Made by a program: the position numbers and the translations under genes | The notes under the pieces: generated by a model | Told to the model about the DNA's origin: nothing | What the model saw: the letters and a program-made list of their open reading frames with translations, nothing else | The model's database searches: none | Part shown: one piece after another, positions 52,524-64,000 of the stretch | Layout: every line of letters starts with the position of its first letter | Position numbering within the stretch: position 1 is the first letter of the stretch | DNA from: an uncultured Chloroflexia bacterium | GTDB taxonomy: Bacteria > Chloroflexota > Anaerolineae > B4-G1 > SLSP01 | DNA: 64,000 nucleotides | Assembly: GCA_963751345.1 (NCBI GenBank) | Contig: CAVVUS010000011.1 | Location: forward strand, 1 to 64,000 | Reading direction: 5' to 3'

Positions 52524-53458
52524 GTGAAATCGATGCCCATATCAGAAAGCAATGGGGTGGCCTTCTTTGACGTAACCGTCGTCGGCAATGTTGGCATCGA
52601 CACCAACGTCTACCTCTACGGCAATGACATCGACTTCAACGTCGAGGCCAACTTCAGCGAGAATCTCGACTACGTGGGTCAGGCGGGCGGGTACACGAGC
52701 CGCGGTTACGTCCGCCTCGGCAAGCGGACGGCCTTCATCGGCACCGTCGGTGATGACTACAGCGGGCGATACATTCGCGAGGTGTTCGCGCACGACGGCG
52801 TCGACACGACCGCGCTCTTCGTGGACCCGGCGGGGACCAGCCGCAGCATCAACTTCATGTACCGTGATGGGCGGCGCAAGAACTTCTACGACGGCAAGGG
52901 GCACATGCACCTCGAACCCGACCTGGAGACCTGCCGAGCTGTGCTCGCGGCATCGAAGATGGTCCACGTTCACATCCCCAACTGGGCGCGTTACCTGCTC
53001 CCCATCGCCAGGGATCTCGGACTGCCCATCGCCTGCGATATCCAGGACGTCGTCTCACCCGACGACGACTACCGCCGTGACTTCGTCGAGTACGCCGACG
53101 TGCTCTTCTTCTCGGCGGTCAACTACGCCGACCCGACGCCGCTGATCGAGACCTACCTGCGCTCGAAGCCCGAGCCGGATCGTGGTGGTGGGGATGGGCG
53201 CCAGGGGATGTGCCCTCGGCACGCGCGAGGCGATCGAGTTCTTTCCGCCGGTTGAGATGGAGGCCCCCGTGATCGATACCAACGGCGCCGGCGACGCGTT
53301 GGCGGTCGGCTTTCTGTCCAGCTACGTGCTCGATGGCTATCTCGCTGCGTGATTCGGTGCTCCGCGGCCAGATCGCGGCGCGCTATGCGTGCACGCAGCG
53401 GGCCACCTCGTCGAGTTCCATAACGCCGGAGCAGCTCGAGCGATATAGCCGTCAGTAG
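52524..53458 (+). CDS. PfkB family carbohydrate kinase, frameshifted
   Basis: VVGNVGID, FIGTVGDD, and DTNGAGDALAVGF at ~53275 in a shifted frame. Confidence 0.85.
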
Positions 53459-53503
53459 TAGCAGAGAGTGTTACTGCCTGTCGGTCACGACCAAATGCAG
53501 CGC

Positions 53504-54337
53504 TCAGTATCCGAAAACAAACCGGGCGAAATCGATGAACCAGTGGAAGGCCACGGCCGACTCGAAGCTTCGCTTGACCTGCAGCAGCGCCATGGGTAGG
53601 CCGAAGAGGAGGGACGTGGCGACCAGCATGACGATCCCCATCGCCGGATTCTGCAGGAAGAGATCGGGGAGGTGGAGCAGGCTGTGAGGGACGACGGCCA
53701 GGGCAATCGCCGTGGCCCAGACCCATCGCCGGTGCGGGCTGTCCTTCAGAAGCGCAAGACAGATCGCCAGTATAAAATAGCGGTAGACGGCCTCCTCGTG
53801 GATGCCGGGGCTGAGCGCCTCGAATGCGCTCGGGAGAACGTTCTGGAACTGGGGGCCGCCGTTCTGGAGGTAGAAGTACACGTTGTTGACCACCGCCAGG
53901 GGAAGGGCGAAGAGGATGCCGATCCCCAGACTTCGCACAAGCCCGCCTTGAAATGCACGGACCCCGTCGTCGTCCAGTCCTGCGAACAGGATGGTGCCGG
54001 CTACAAACGTGAGCCAGACGGCGACGCCTTCTACCATGCCATCGGAGAGGCTGGGCGCGTGCGCCCAACGGCTCGCGCCGCTGAGCAGGCCCAGCCCGGC
54101 CCCGATGAGGGCCGGCCTGAGGCGGATCGACCGCCACCGGAAGGCCAGGACCGCCAGCGCCCCGGCCGCCAGAGACCACTCGGCCCAGTCCCAGATGCGC
54201 GTGGTGTAGGAGCCGCGGTTGAGGGGGAGCAGGAAGTTCAGGACGTAGAGCCCGGCAAAGCCAAGCGCCAGCAAGCCGACGTAGAGCCAGCCCGACGTTC
54301 GGCGCGGGACTGCAAGGGTTCTCGTTCTCGCATTCAT
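53504..54337 (-). CDS. CPBP family intramembrane glutamic endopeptidase-like protein
   Basis: PGIHEEAVYR, HSLLH, AVAFHWFID; multiple TM segments. Confidence 0.8.
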   Translation of the reverse strand: MNARTRTLAVPRRTSGWLYVGLLALGFAGLYVLNFLLPLNRGSYTTRIWDWAEWSLAAGALAVLAFRWRSIRLRPALIGAGLGLLSGASRWAHAPSLSDGMVEGVAVWLTFVAGTILFAGLDDDGVRAFQGGLVRSLGIGILFALPLAVVNNVYFYLQNGGPQFQNVLPSAFEALSPGIHEEAVYRYFILAICLALLKDSPHRRWVWATAIALAVVPHSLLHLPDLFLQNPAMGIVMLVATSLLFGLPMALLQVKRSFESAVAFHWFIDFARFVFGY

Positions 54338-54456
54338 CTCTGGGTCTCTGACTCGTTCATCTCAATGTGGCGCATCCGTCACTTATCGACGGCGTGGTGT
54401 CCTCGGGAAGGCTGCCCTTCATGCCCTCTCGGAGCGGACCCATCACGAGCGTGAGC

Positions 54457-56582
54457 TCACGTCAATGAACATACTTCCCACGCGTACGCTGTACGCGGTG
54501 GGAGGCTGAGTTCCCGATGGAAGGCATTCGGTGCGACGAAGGTCTCCTGCGTTCCTTCTTGATCGATGACGGTCACGCGAACCTGTTCGCCATCCATACC
54601 ATACCGGCGTCCATCGAAGTGGAACGGGGCGGAGACGGGCGAATCGCTGACGTTGACGAACATCAGGACGAGGCTGTTCTCTTTGGGCAGTCGCCATGCC
54701 CCCGTCATCACGGCGTCGGTTGTGACCCACCATTCACCTACCCACTGCCAGTCGGCCCGTACCGTTGGGATGTCGCCCTCAAGCCGCGGCGGGCGGCACA
54801 TCTCACCGGCGGTGAAGTAGCGCCGCAGACGCCAACGAAGCCTGACGACCTGTCGGAGGAATGCCGCGCTTTCCTCCTCGTTGACGATGCCGGGCTCAAT
54901 CCACCCGATCTGCTCGCCGAAGACGAACTGCTGTCCGGCCTTCATTCGCAGCGCCAAGCGCCTTTGTCTCTCCACCGCGGTACGCACGTCCGAACATCTG
55001 GATCGCCCCGCCGTAAACAGCCATGAAGGCAGGGACTTGACCGTCGTGTTGCCATGTCCACGTGAGGTAGCCATCGAGCCAGCGGGCATACGGTTCGGCG
55101 TTGCACTCGCTGGTCAGCATGCCTCCTTCGGGCATGGCGTCCCGGATCGACTGCAACATCTCCCAGTATCCCTCGACCCACCAGTGTCCTCCACCCAGCG
55201 GATGCCCGTGTGTCTTGTCGAAGCACAGTTTCGGTGACATGGCGGATATCTGGTCGATGTAGACACCGTCAACGTGGTATTCGTCGAACAAGCGCAGACA
55301 GATTGAGCGGATGCGGTTCTGCCACAGCTCGGTAGCGGGACACATCACCGCGAAACGCACCGGGCTGCCATCCGCCTCTTTGCTGCCGTACATCTCCACG
55401 TAAGGCTGCCCCTCCTCATCCTTCGTTGCCGCGGGCAAGGCGACACTGGTGAATTGGTAATCTTCGACGCCTCGGTCGTGCATATCCCACAGACGCCCGT
55501 TGATATAGGGCATCACGTAGATGCCGGCCTGCTGCAGGTCTCGAACCCCTTCGGAAAAGCCCTCCGTCACCGGAAAGTAGTGGGGATAGTCGTTATCAAA
55601 CGGGATTTGGTGCCAGCCGTACCAGTGGAAACCGACCGGCACATCCATATACTCCGCAAATTCCTTGACCTGGGATACCACCTGCGCCCGGTCACCCGAA
55701 GCCGTCGTCCAGACGGGTAACTCCCGCATCCACTGCGGCGTATCATCACGGCCCTCATCACCCAACTCGGGAAACCACCGTGCCTCTCGGCGTGTCCAGT
55801 GACGGTAGATCATCGCGGCATCAAACCAGTCACCTCGAAACAGTTGCCATATGGCCTCTCCGCTCAAGACAAAGCCATTTCCTCCGACACTCATATCCTC
55901 CGCGGGATGGTCAAAGGTAAAGATGACGGCTCGTTCTTCGGGACGGCTTGCCACCGAGATGTCCTTGGCACCGGCATTGGGGTCGTGCATCGCCACGTAA
56001 AGGCCGGTCTTGCTCTGTTCATCGTATGCCGCCATGAACTGCATGGTGGTCCAGGGTTCGGGGTAAAGTCCCTGATGGTGGAATTCCCTCTGCCAGAGCC
56101 CCTTCTGTACTTCGCCGGGCGCGCGCGGAAAGAACACCTTCGCGTCCGGGCCCAGCTCGGTGATAGCGATTTGGGGGAAGCCCACTCGCCAAACGCTCCA
56201 CTGTGAGTTCTGGTTTTCCACCTGCAGACTCCAGCGCAGTGCGTTTGCTTCGTTATCCGTGGTGACACGAGCAATGACGTGTAGACCCGCTACTTTCGCT
56301 TGGTGCCACGCCTAACTCGGCGCCATCAACGGTTGGCTCAATAGCCACCTGACCCCAACCTGAATCAGCGTCGAACTGGAGCTCCTCTTTCGTCTCACAG
56401 TGACGCAGTTTCAGCGTGAACAGAGGCAGCGTAGGGGCTGACAGGAACTCGCAGTCTGTGGTCGTGTCAAACAGACTCTGCAGCCTGATTCCGTCGAGCG
56501 TTCGCTCGAATACCACTCTCAACTCGCCGGCGGTCAGGATCGATTGTGTAGATAGCTCTGTTTTCTTGCATATCAGCTCCAT
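54457..56582 (-). CDS. DUF6259-like putative glycoside hydrolase, frameshifted and 5'-truncated
   Basis: GDWFDAAMIYR, FHWYGWHQIPFDNDYPHYFP, MPYINGRLWD, DGVYIDQI, HGHPLGGG. Confidence 0.65.
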
Positions 56583-56599
56583 ACTGGGCGACGAGTTAC

Positions 56600-58744
56600 G
56601 GTCGCTCATCGAGGGCGGGGCGTCCTCGGGGCGGCTGCCCCAGGCCTTGTTCGGGCGCGGGCCCATGACGAGCGTGAGCTCGCCGCCGTCCTTGATCGCG
56701 TCGTGGGGGAACCACGGCCGCGGGTGGGGGACGCCGTTGAGTTCGGCTCGCTGGATGTACTTGTTCTGCGGGCTGCTGCCCTCGGCCGTGATCGTGACGA
56801 CCGGGCCGTCGGGCGGGTGGAGCTCGATGTGCTCGAAGACCGGGCTGCCCAGCGCGTAGTAAGGCTCGCCGGGGCAGGTGGGCAAGAAGCCGATCGAGTT
56901 GAAGATGTGCCAGGCGCTCATCGCGCCGCCGTCCTCGTCGCCGCAGAGGCCCAGCGGGGTATCGTCGAACCAGATATCCATCATCTGGCGGATGCGCCGC
57001 TGGGTCTTCCAGGGCGCCCCGGCCCAGTTGTAGAGATAGGGGATGTGGAAGCTGGGCTCGTTGCCGGTGACGAACTGGCCCATCAGGCCGGTGGAGTCGG
57101 GGAACTGGCCCAGGAAGTGCCACTTGGCGTTGTCGCACGGCTCGATGAAGAGCCGGTCGAGGCGCTCGACGAACCGCTCGCGCCCGCCCATCAGGTCGAT
57201 CAGCCCGGCCACGTCGTGCTGCACGCTCCAGGTGTAGGTCCAGGCGTTGCACTCGGCGTAGTAGGCGCGGCCGCCCTGGCCGCCGGAGAGCTTGGGATCG
57301 AACGGCGCGATCCAGGCACCGTCGGCGCCCCGCGGGGACATGAACCCGTTGGCCGGGTTGTAGAGGGTGCGGTAGTTGCGCGCCCGCGCGAGGAAGGCGG
57401 CGGCGTCCTCCTCTTTGCCCAGCTCGCGCGCCATCAGGGCGAGGGCGTACGCGTCATAGGCGCACTCGAGGCTCACGGCGACCGCCTGCCGCCGCTCGAA
57501 GGGGTGGACCTCCGGGATGGTCTCCTCCTCGTCGGGTCCCAGCGCCGGGAGATACCCCTTCTCCTCGAAGAAACGGTCGAGCGCGGTCCGCGGCCCGTTG
57601 CGCCACGGGAGGTTGGTCGCCTCGGCCACGCGCTTGCGCATGGCGGCGTAGGCGGCCTCGACGTCGAAATCGGTCTATGCCTTTGCGGTAGGCGTCGACG
57701 ATCATAGCGACGGTGTGGTGACCGAGCATGCAGGGGACGTCGCCGCCGACCTGGGGGAAGCGGGGCAGCCAGCCGGACTGCTCGGCCATCCGCACGTAGG
57801 AGCGGATCATGTCGAGCTCGCGCTGGGGATCGATCAGCAGCCGCAGAGGGTGGGCGCTGCGGAACGTGTCCCAGATCTGATCGCTCACGTAGAAATCGGG
57901 CTCTCCGGCGTGCACCCGGCCGTCGTAGCCGCTGAAGTAGCGGCCCTCCTCGGTGATGGCCTGCATCCGGCCCATATAACGGTAGAGCGCGGTGTAGAAG
58001 ACGCGGCGCTGCGTCTCGCTCCCGCCCTCGACCCGGATCTGGCCGAGCGCGGCCTCCCACTCCTGCCGGGCCTCCTCCACCAGTTCGGCGAAGGGGCGGT
58101 CGGCCCAGCTCCTGCTCCCGGTTACGCCGGGCCTGGGCCGCGTCGATGAGCGAGACGCCGATGCGGACCTCAAGAGGCGCCGCGCCCGCAAAGCGGAGCC
58201 GGAGCCCAGATGGGAGGTCATCACGGCCTGCTACGGGGCGGTCGAAGCGGAGGCTGAAAAAGCCGGTGACGCCGCCTCCGAGGTCCTGGTGGCCCTCAAT
58301 AGCTGTCCCGTCGGCGTGCTCGATGCTCGCTTCCCTCGGTGCCAGCAACAGGCAGGGATTCTCGCCCTGCGGGAAGGTGAAGCGGTAGACGACGCCGTGG
58401 CGCGTCACTGTGAGCTCTGCTTCGACATCGTAGCGCTCCAGCAGCACGTGGTAATAGTGGGGCGCCGTCGTCTCAAAGTCGTGGTCGAAGAAGGAGGCGC
58501 AGTCCTCAATGGTCGGGGCCGGTGAGCCGGTCACCGGCATGAGCAGCGGGCTGCCGAAGTTGCGATGGAGGTGCACCGGCACCGGGAAGCCATAGACGTG
58601 GTCCGCCAGGTAGCGGTCGCCGACCGCCGGGTCGAACTGGGGATGGACGCCCACCATGCCGTTGGGACGATAGACGGTGGGGTAGGTCGCTTTCAGGAGG
58701 TGGCCAATGCCGCCGATATCGGGATCAACGTACGTCAAGCTCAT
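56600..58744 (-). CDS. GH92 alpha-1,2-mannosidase family, frameshifted
   Basis: FYTALYR, WDTFRSAHPL, GWLPRF, SLECAYD, ECNAWTYTWSVQHD, GNEPSFHIPYLY, GDEDGGAMSAW. Confidence 0.9.
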
Positions 58745-58780
58745 ATCATACCTTCTTTCTGATTGTGAGGAGCCTTCCCC

Positions 58781-59733
58781 TCAGTGGCGGTCGTGGCTGT
58801 CAAGCACCGCCGCCACGTGATCGAAGGCGTCCCTGGCCTCCGGGAGGAACGGGACGCTAACAAAGACGTGGAAGGCGCCGGGATACTCATGGAGATGAAT
58901 CGTGCCGCCGGCCGCGGAGACCTTCTCCTTCAGCTTCCGCGCATCGGGGATCAGGAGGTCAGCGGTTCCGTGAACCACGTCAATGGGGGGCAGCCCGGAA
59001 AGGTCACCGAAGATCGGGCTCAGCAGGGGCGAGCGTGGATCGTCCCCGCCTGCCCACCATCGACCACACTGCACCAGTGCGGGAATGCCGAGCAATGCGT
59101 CGTGTGGCTCTATGGCGACCGCATCGGGGTTCGACATCGTGATGTCCAGCCACGGCGAGAAGAGGACCAGACGGTCCGGCGGCCGAAGACCCAGATCGCG
59201 GTAGTGGTGGGCTTGCGCCAGGGCCAGACCGCCACCCGCCGAATCGCCGCACAGCACGATGGCTTCATCTGCGTGGTCGCGAAGCACGTTCCGGTATACC
59301 GTCTCCAGCTCCGGAAAGGCCGCCCGGTAGGTGTGTTCGGGCGCAAGCGGATAGATCGGCACGGTCACGCTCGCGCCGACTGCGCCCGATGAGCTCACCG
59401 ATGATGCCCCAATGTATGGGCTGCAGCGGGCAGAACATAGGCGCCACCGTGTGTGTAGATGATGTGGATCGGCTTGCGGTCGTGACGCGGCGCGAGCGTG
59501 TACACGGTCTGCCCGTGAACGTGCCGCGTCTGCACGCGGTACCGCCGGCTGAAGGATCTGGGCACCGGGGCGGGCGAGGGATAGGCGCGATGCTCGATCT
59601 TGCGGCGCCAGCGGGGAAACCTGCTCGTCGTGAGACCGCTTCCCAGGATTCGGAGCATGGACGTCGCAAGCCGCATTGGGGGACTGGGCCCATCTGCCAT
59701 CACACGAGTCTTCACGCGCTCACTATCCGTCAT
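58781..59733 (-). CDS. Alpha/beta hydrolase (HSL-type esterase), frameshifted
   Basis: HGGAY, YPLAPEH, GDSAGG, SPWLD, HGTADLL, GAFHVF. Confidence 0.88.
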
Positions 59734-60161
59734 GGGTCGAGGTGCTCGTGAAGCGTCGCCATCTACCCGTTCCTCACTCCTGGCGCTAAGCGTCCTAGAA
59801 CGGCATCTTCAGAATCCGGTCGGCCCGATAGTTCCGGCATCAGGCTCGAGAAAACCGGCGCCCCGTCACCAAGTGCGCGACCGCGTAGCGCCGTCACGGG
59901 CGTTTGGCGAGGAGGGCTCTCGAGGATCACGCTCCGCCACCTATCGCGTGGGCCTATTTCGAAGTGTATTCACGTTCTGTGTAGTCCTCAGCTCCGCCGG
60001 CGTCTGGATGCCGCCACATCAGAACGGCCTTGGTCGTTGGGCGTGGGGTTGTCAGCAGCCATGATAGTTCCAATGTTGCTGAGTTCTCCAGGGCCCTTTA
60101 CATCAGGTAGAGCAATCTTGTGTTAGCTGGCGCGCGCGCCTCTCCTCCGCCACCAGGCCTA

Positions 60162-61045
60162 TCAGCACGTCGAAGGCATACAGCGTCTTGATGCGATGCG
60201 TGAGGTGTGCGCGTTCGCGACGGATCTCCTGTTGGGCGCCCAGAATTCCGGCGTGCGGGGGTCGTGGGTCGTAGGCGTTTCGGCCCCGAATTCGTCTGAG
60301 ACGTCCGGTAGCGTGCGGAACAGCCGCAGATGACGGTGGTGGGCGGGCAGTCCTTTCATCGCCAGGTCGCGGTATCCGTAGGCGGCCAGTTCGACCAGGG
60401 CCGCCGCGTGGTTGATGACGTGCCACATACCACCAAAGCCGTCCCGCCGCTCGCCCGCAGTCCGGATGAGTTCCTCCACCACGACCTCGGCCATCGCCGG
60501 CAAATCCGCATAGGGCGGGAAGGCGCTATCCTTCGATAGCGAGACCGCGCGACCATCGATGCGACCACGTTCTTTGCCGTAGTACCCGCTCCCAGGCCCG
60601 GTCCCGTCGAAATCGGTGATGAGTTGGCAGATACCATTGACCACCGCCGGTGTGGCGAGGTGGGGATGATCTTGAGCGCACGGATCGCGATGGCGGCGAA
60701 GATGACGTTGTGTCCCGACTCGTGGGGTTCGTCGATGTTGCCCGCCAGGGCTTCAGCGATGTTGGCAACGAGCTCTGGCTCTGGCGCTTCTTCCGCATGC
60801 GGCTCGAAAAGCTCGTCGACCGTGATCGGTGAACTCTCCCGAGGACTGAAGACCGATTCCCCGCGGATGATGCGATCCAGTTCCCCCTCGATCCCGGCGT
60901 AGACCCTATCGTCGAGCTGTGGATGCTGTTCGGAGATGAAATAGCCGGCGACAACGGCTGCGCCGAGGTGGCCGGCCATTGTGTTGACGCGATGGGCGCG
61001 ACTCATCGCGTCCAGGCCTTTGACGAGATAGTCAGATCGAACCAT
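60162..61045 (-). CDS. Hypothetical protein, frameshifted near 60670
   Basis: Two consecutive coding-like frames (GHLGAAVVAGYF, SGHNVIFA; GGMWHVINHAA) downstream of 61064. Confidence 0.6.
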
Positions 61046-61063
61046 CGTGTGCCTGTGCCCCTT

Positions 61064-62002
61064 TCACCCTTTGGCTGAATACCAGTCCAATACTCTTAGC
61101 GCGTGGAGCGTGTTCCAGCGGCTCGGCTTGCCCTCCCCGCCTTCCATATCGAGCTGGATTGGATCGGGGTGGTAGCCGTGGAGCGGCCATCGCCCATCCT
61201 GAGCCCGTCTGCTGATCACGATACCGACGGCCTCGGCAACGCGTTCGTCCGGCTTGACGCCCGCGGCGCGCAGGTAGTCCAGGCCCCTGAGCACATCGTA
61301 ATGCCACGTGGGCGGGAATGCGAACTGCGTCCAGTCGTGATTCCCCTTTCGGTCGTGGATCACCTCGCCGGTGGACAGCCTGCGGAGCATGCGACGCTCC
61401 AGCATATACTCCTGTCCCCGGACCCGCGCGTCGGTTACTGCGGCCGTGGCGCCCCTCGCCTTCTCGACCTCCAGGAGCCCCTCGAGGACGCAGATCGTGG
61501 TGTGGAACGAGGAGCGGACAGAGCCTCGCTCCGCTTCACAGTTCCAACCGCCGTCGGCAAGCTGCTCGCCGAGGAGGCGGTCGAGCAGGCGATCGCTGAT
61601 CTCGCCGAAGTAGGCGCCGAGCCCCAGGACCCGGCCGTTGATGCAGGGCTCAACCTCGCCCTCGAAGAACGGCGAATCATCGAAGTACGGGCCCCAGGTC
61701 ACCCGGTCGCGGACGAGGTCCACGGCCCTGCGGGCCGGTTCGCTCGCCGGGTCGAGTCCCAGGTCCCATAGCAGCACGAAGGTGGACAGGGTGGATTGCC
61801 ATAGCGGCGTGTCGACATCGTCACCCCAGGTGCCGTCCGGACTCTGCCGGGCGAGGAGCCGGGCACCCCAGCCCTCCGTGGCTACACGCGACCGCTCTGC
61901 GGCCACGACCTCGTCGGGCTCGCCGGTGAGGTCGCGCATCACCTGCCAGCGGATCGCGGGGTCCGAATCAAGTAGCCACTCGATGACTGACTTCTCTGGC
62001 AT
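61064..62002 (-). CDS. Prenyltransferase/squalene-cyclase-fold hypothetical protein
   Basis: WLLDSDPAIRWQVMRDL, QSPDGTW, QLADGGWNCE, SSFHTTICVLEGL, WHYDVLRGLDY, PSRWNT. Confidence 0.8.
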   Translation of the reverse strand: MPEKSVIEWLLDSDPAIRWQVMRDLTGEPDEVVAAERSRVATEGWGARLLARQSPDGTWGDDVDTPLWQSTLSTFVLLWDLGLDPASEPARRAVDLVRDRVTWGPYFDDSPFFEGEVEPCINGRVLGLGAYFGEISDRLLDRLLGEQLADGGWNCEAERGSVRSSFHTTICVLEGLLEVEKARGATAAVTDARVRGQEYMLERRMLRRLSTGEVIHDRKGNHDWTQFAFPPTWHYDVLRGLDYLRAAGVKPDERVAEAVGIVISRRAQDGRWPLHGYHPDPIQLDMEGGEGKPSRWNTLHALRVLDWYSAKG

Positions 62003-62258
62003 GGAGACTCTCCTTTCGCCCTCTCGGATCGTCACGTGCGATCCCGCTGGCTTGCTTCTGTCTCTGTCCGGTCTCTCCCGACGGGTTGAGGCCGACATGA
62101 GCCGTTCCAGATCCTCCAACAGCCTGGGCTTTGTGTATCCAGATTACGTAGGCGTCCACCATTGTCAAGACTAGTCTGGCACACGGAAGCGCGGTTCGGT
62201 TCCACGGCACAGCTCACCTCGCAGACCGGGTGAATCATGGTATTAACACGATGTTCGT

Positions 62259-62287
62259 TTGACAAATTGCTCGTTCTAGCGTATACT
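62259..62287 (+). promoter_or_regulatory. Near-consensus sigma70 promoter
   Basis: TTGACA-17-TATACT. Confidence 0.75.
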
Positions 62288-62737
62288 AACTTATATCCAG
62301 ACGTACTCCAGTGTACTCTCGTTGCCGAGTTGATAGGCACTACCGTCAGGAACGGGCGCAAATCTGTTGGATGAATGCGCTGCTGAACCCGCTCTGGATA
62401 TGCATCCTTCTGAGGGATGCATACTGAGAGGCTCGGTACGAGCGTAATCTCGAACGGAAATGCAGAATCAGGAGGAGTACGATGGACCACGCACAGACAC
62501 AACCGGTCGCGGTGGCCCGAGGGCCCTTTGGCACCAGAGAAACCTGGGTTCTCGTCACAGACGCCTATGAGGCCGACCTATTGGAGTGGGCCGGGGGACC
62601 CCCGGATGAAGCTCTGCCACTCGCATGCATTGCGTAGTCTCACTTAGCGCCCGCCGCACTCTAGGTCACGGCAAGCAGTCCGGAGTAGCTGCTGAGAATG
62701 TCGCGCGCTTTGCTTCACCAGAGAAGGACATGATGTT

Positions 62738-64000
62738 ATGGCAATGCTAGATACAGTCGTCGTAGGAGCCGGTCAAGCCGGACTGGGCGTCAGCTATTTC
62801 CTTCAACAGAATGGCCGCAGCCATAGAGTCTTTGAGCAAGGGCGGCTTGGTGAGTCGTGGCTATCTCAGCGTTGGGATTCATTTACACTCAACACGCCCA
62901 ATGCCATCAATTCCCTACCGGGCTTGCCGTATGACGGTCCAGAACCTGATGGCTTCTGGCGGCCCGACGAACTGGCCCACTATTTCCAAAGGTATGTAGA
63001 TCACTTCCGGCTGCCGGTTCGGAAGGGTGTTGCCGTTGTCTCTATCGAGCAATCCGAAGATGAAGGGCATTTCATCGTCGCCATAGAGAGCAGCGGAAAG
63101 AGGGAGGATCCTGTCACAAGTCGGTCAGTCGTCATCGCTTCAGGCGGCCAACAGACGCCGAAAATCCCCGCAGTGCACTCCCGACTACCTGGTGACATTC
63201 TCCAACTACATACAGCCGACTTCCACAACGCGGCGGCATTGCCGTCGGGTGCGGTTGTTGTTGTCGGCAGCGCGCAATCGGGTTGCCAGATTGCCGAGGA
63301 TCTGCTGTCGGCCGGCCGGACTGTCTATCTATGCACGAGCAAGGTTGGGCGGATTCCACGCCGCTATCGAGGACGAGACATATTTGAGTGGTTGCTTGAC
63401 ACGAAGTTTTTCGACGTCACATTTGCAGGTCTGGAGGACAAGGCTCTTAGCCGCGTCCCTCAGCCGCAGCTCTCTGGTGTCGGGCGCCTTGGGCACACCG
63501 TCAGTCTGCAATACCTGGCACGCCGAGGCGCTGTGATTCTAGGCCGCTTGCTGGATGTCGAAGGGACCCACGTCACGCTGAATGATGATGCTGCGGCGCA
63601 TGTCCATTTTGCCGATGCTTTCTCGCAAATGGTTAAGGACAATATCGACGCCTATCTGTTGCGGTCAGGCATTACCCCTCCACCACTCGAGGAGGATCCG
63701 GCAGATCTTCCGGATCCTAAGGCCGAGTGCGTGTCGCCTTTGCGGCGACTGGATCTGCGTGAGTCAAAGGTCAGTACTGTCATCTGGGCCACAGGATTCA
63801 CGTCAGATTTCAGTTGGATACACTTGCCGGTTCTCGACCCTGAGGGTGGGCCGATTCATCAGCGAGGAATCTCGCCGGTACATGGTCTGTACTTCATCGG
63901 ACTCCCTTGGCTCAGTAGTCGCAAATCGGGCATCATTTATGGCATCGATGAGGATGCTCACTACATCACTGATGTGATCTCGGAACAACTCCTGGGTGAC
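62738..64000 (+). CDS. Flavin-containing monooxygenase-like NAD(P)/FAD oxidoreductase, runs off the window (absent from the ORF track)
   Basis: MAMLDTVVVGAGQAGLGVSY, SWLSQRWDSFTLNTPN, VVVGSAQSGCQIAEDL, VIWATGF, GLYFIG; appears to stay open to 64000. Confidence 0.88.
   Translation, partial: MAMLDTVVVGAGQAGLGVSYFLQQNGRSHRVFEQGRLGESWLSQRWDSFTLNTPNAINSLPGLPYDGPEPDGFWRPDELAHYFQRYVDHFRLPVRKGVAVVSIEQSEDEGHFIVAIESSGKREDPVTSRSVVIASGGQQTPKIPAVHSRLPGDILQLHTADFHNAAALPSGAVVVVGSAQSGCQIAEDLLSAGRTVYLCTSKVGRIPRRYRGRDIFEWLLDTKFFDVTFAGLEDKALSRVPQPQLSGVGRLGHTVSLQYLARRGAVILGRLLDVEGTHVTLNDDAAAHVHFADAFSQMVKDNIDAYLLRSGITPPPLEEDPADLPDPKAECVSPLRRLDLRESKVSTVIWATGFTSDFSWIHLPVLDPEGGPIHQRGISPVHGLYFIGLPWLSSRKSGIIYGIDEDAHYITDVISEQLLGD

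Noticed and set aside
58016-58026. TCGCTCCCGCC match inside GH92
   Set aside because: It lies in coding sequence (antisense of GGSE codons) with no arm, spacer or terminator, so it is a chance match.
60015-60130. Possible attC ending in GTTAGCT (likewise GTTGGCG at ~299 and GCCTTAAC at ~39596)
   Set aside because: No complementary partner box or paired arms could be found.

Overview
This is a bacterial accessory region, probably Chloroflexota/Anaerolineae (inferred from the MalT-like LuxR regulators, the attC style and the gene content). It is a patchwork of short, compositionally different segments of mostly catabolic genes: hydrolases, CAZymes, an ECF transporter with adenine deaminase, and an EF-G paralog. 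The most striking structure is in the first 18.4 kb. There, 8 direct copies of a conserved intergenic module split the DNA into 0.5-5.6 kb units with unrelated cargo and no integrase. Each module is [ATACACG-type arm] + [3' end of a tRNA, CGA(A/C/G)(T/C)CCCGTCGCTCCCGCC, best fitting tRNA-Asp] + [intrinsic terminator] + [GGCC-TATAGT-type -10 box]. This looks like an integron-like array of non-autonomous cassettes stacked at a tRNA-Asp att site. An N-terminal remnant of an integron integrase abuts the last copy, attC-like sites lie in the first unit, and solo IS3-like ends mark several junctions. No complete tRNA, intact recombinase, rRNA or CRISPR array is visible. Many genes, especially after 19 kb, carry single-base frameshifts that may be long-read errors. 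All family calls come from motif recognition by eye, not database searches.
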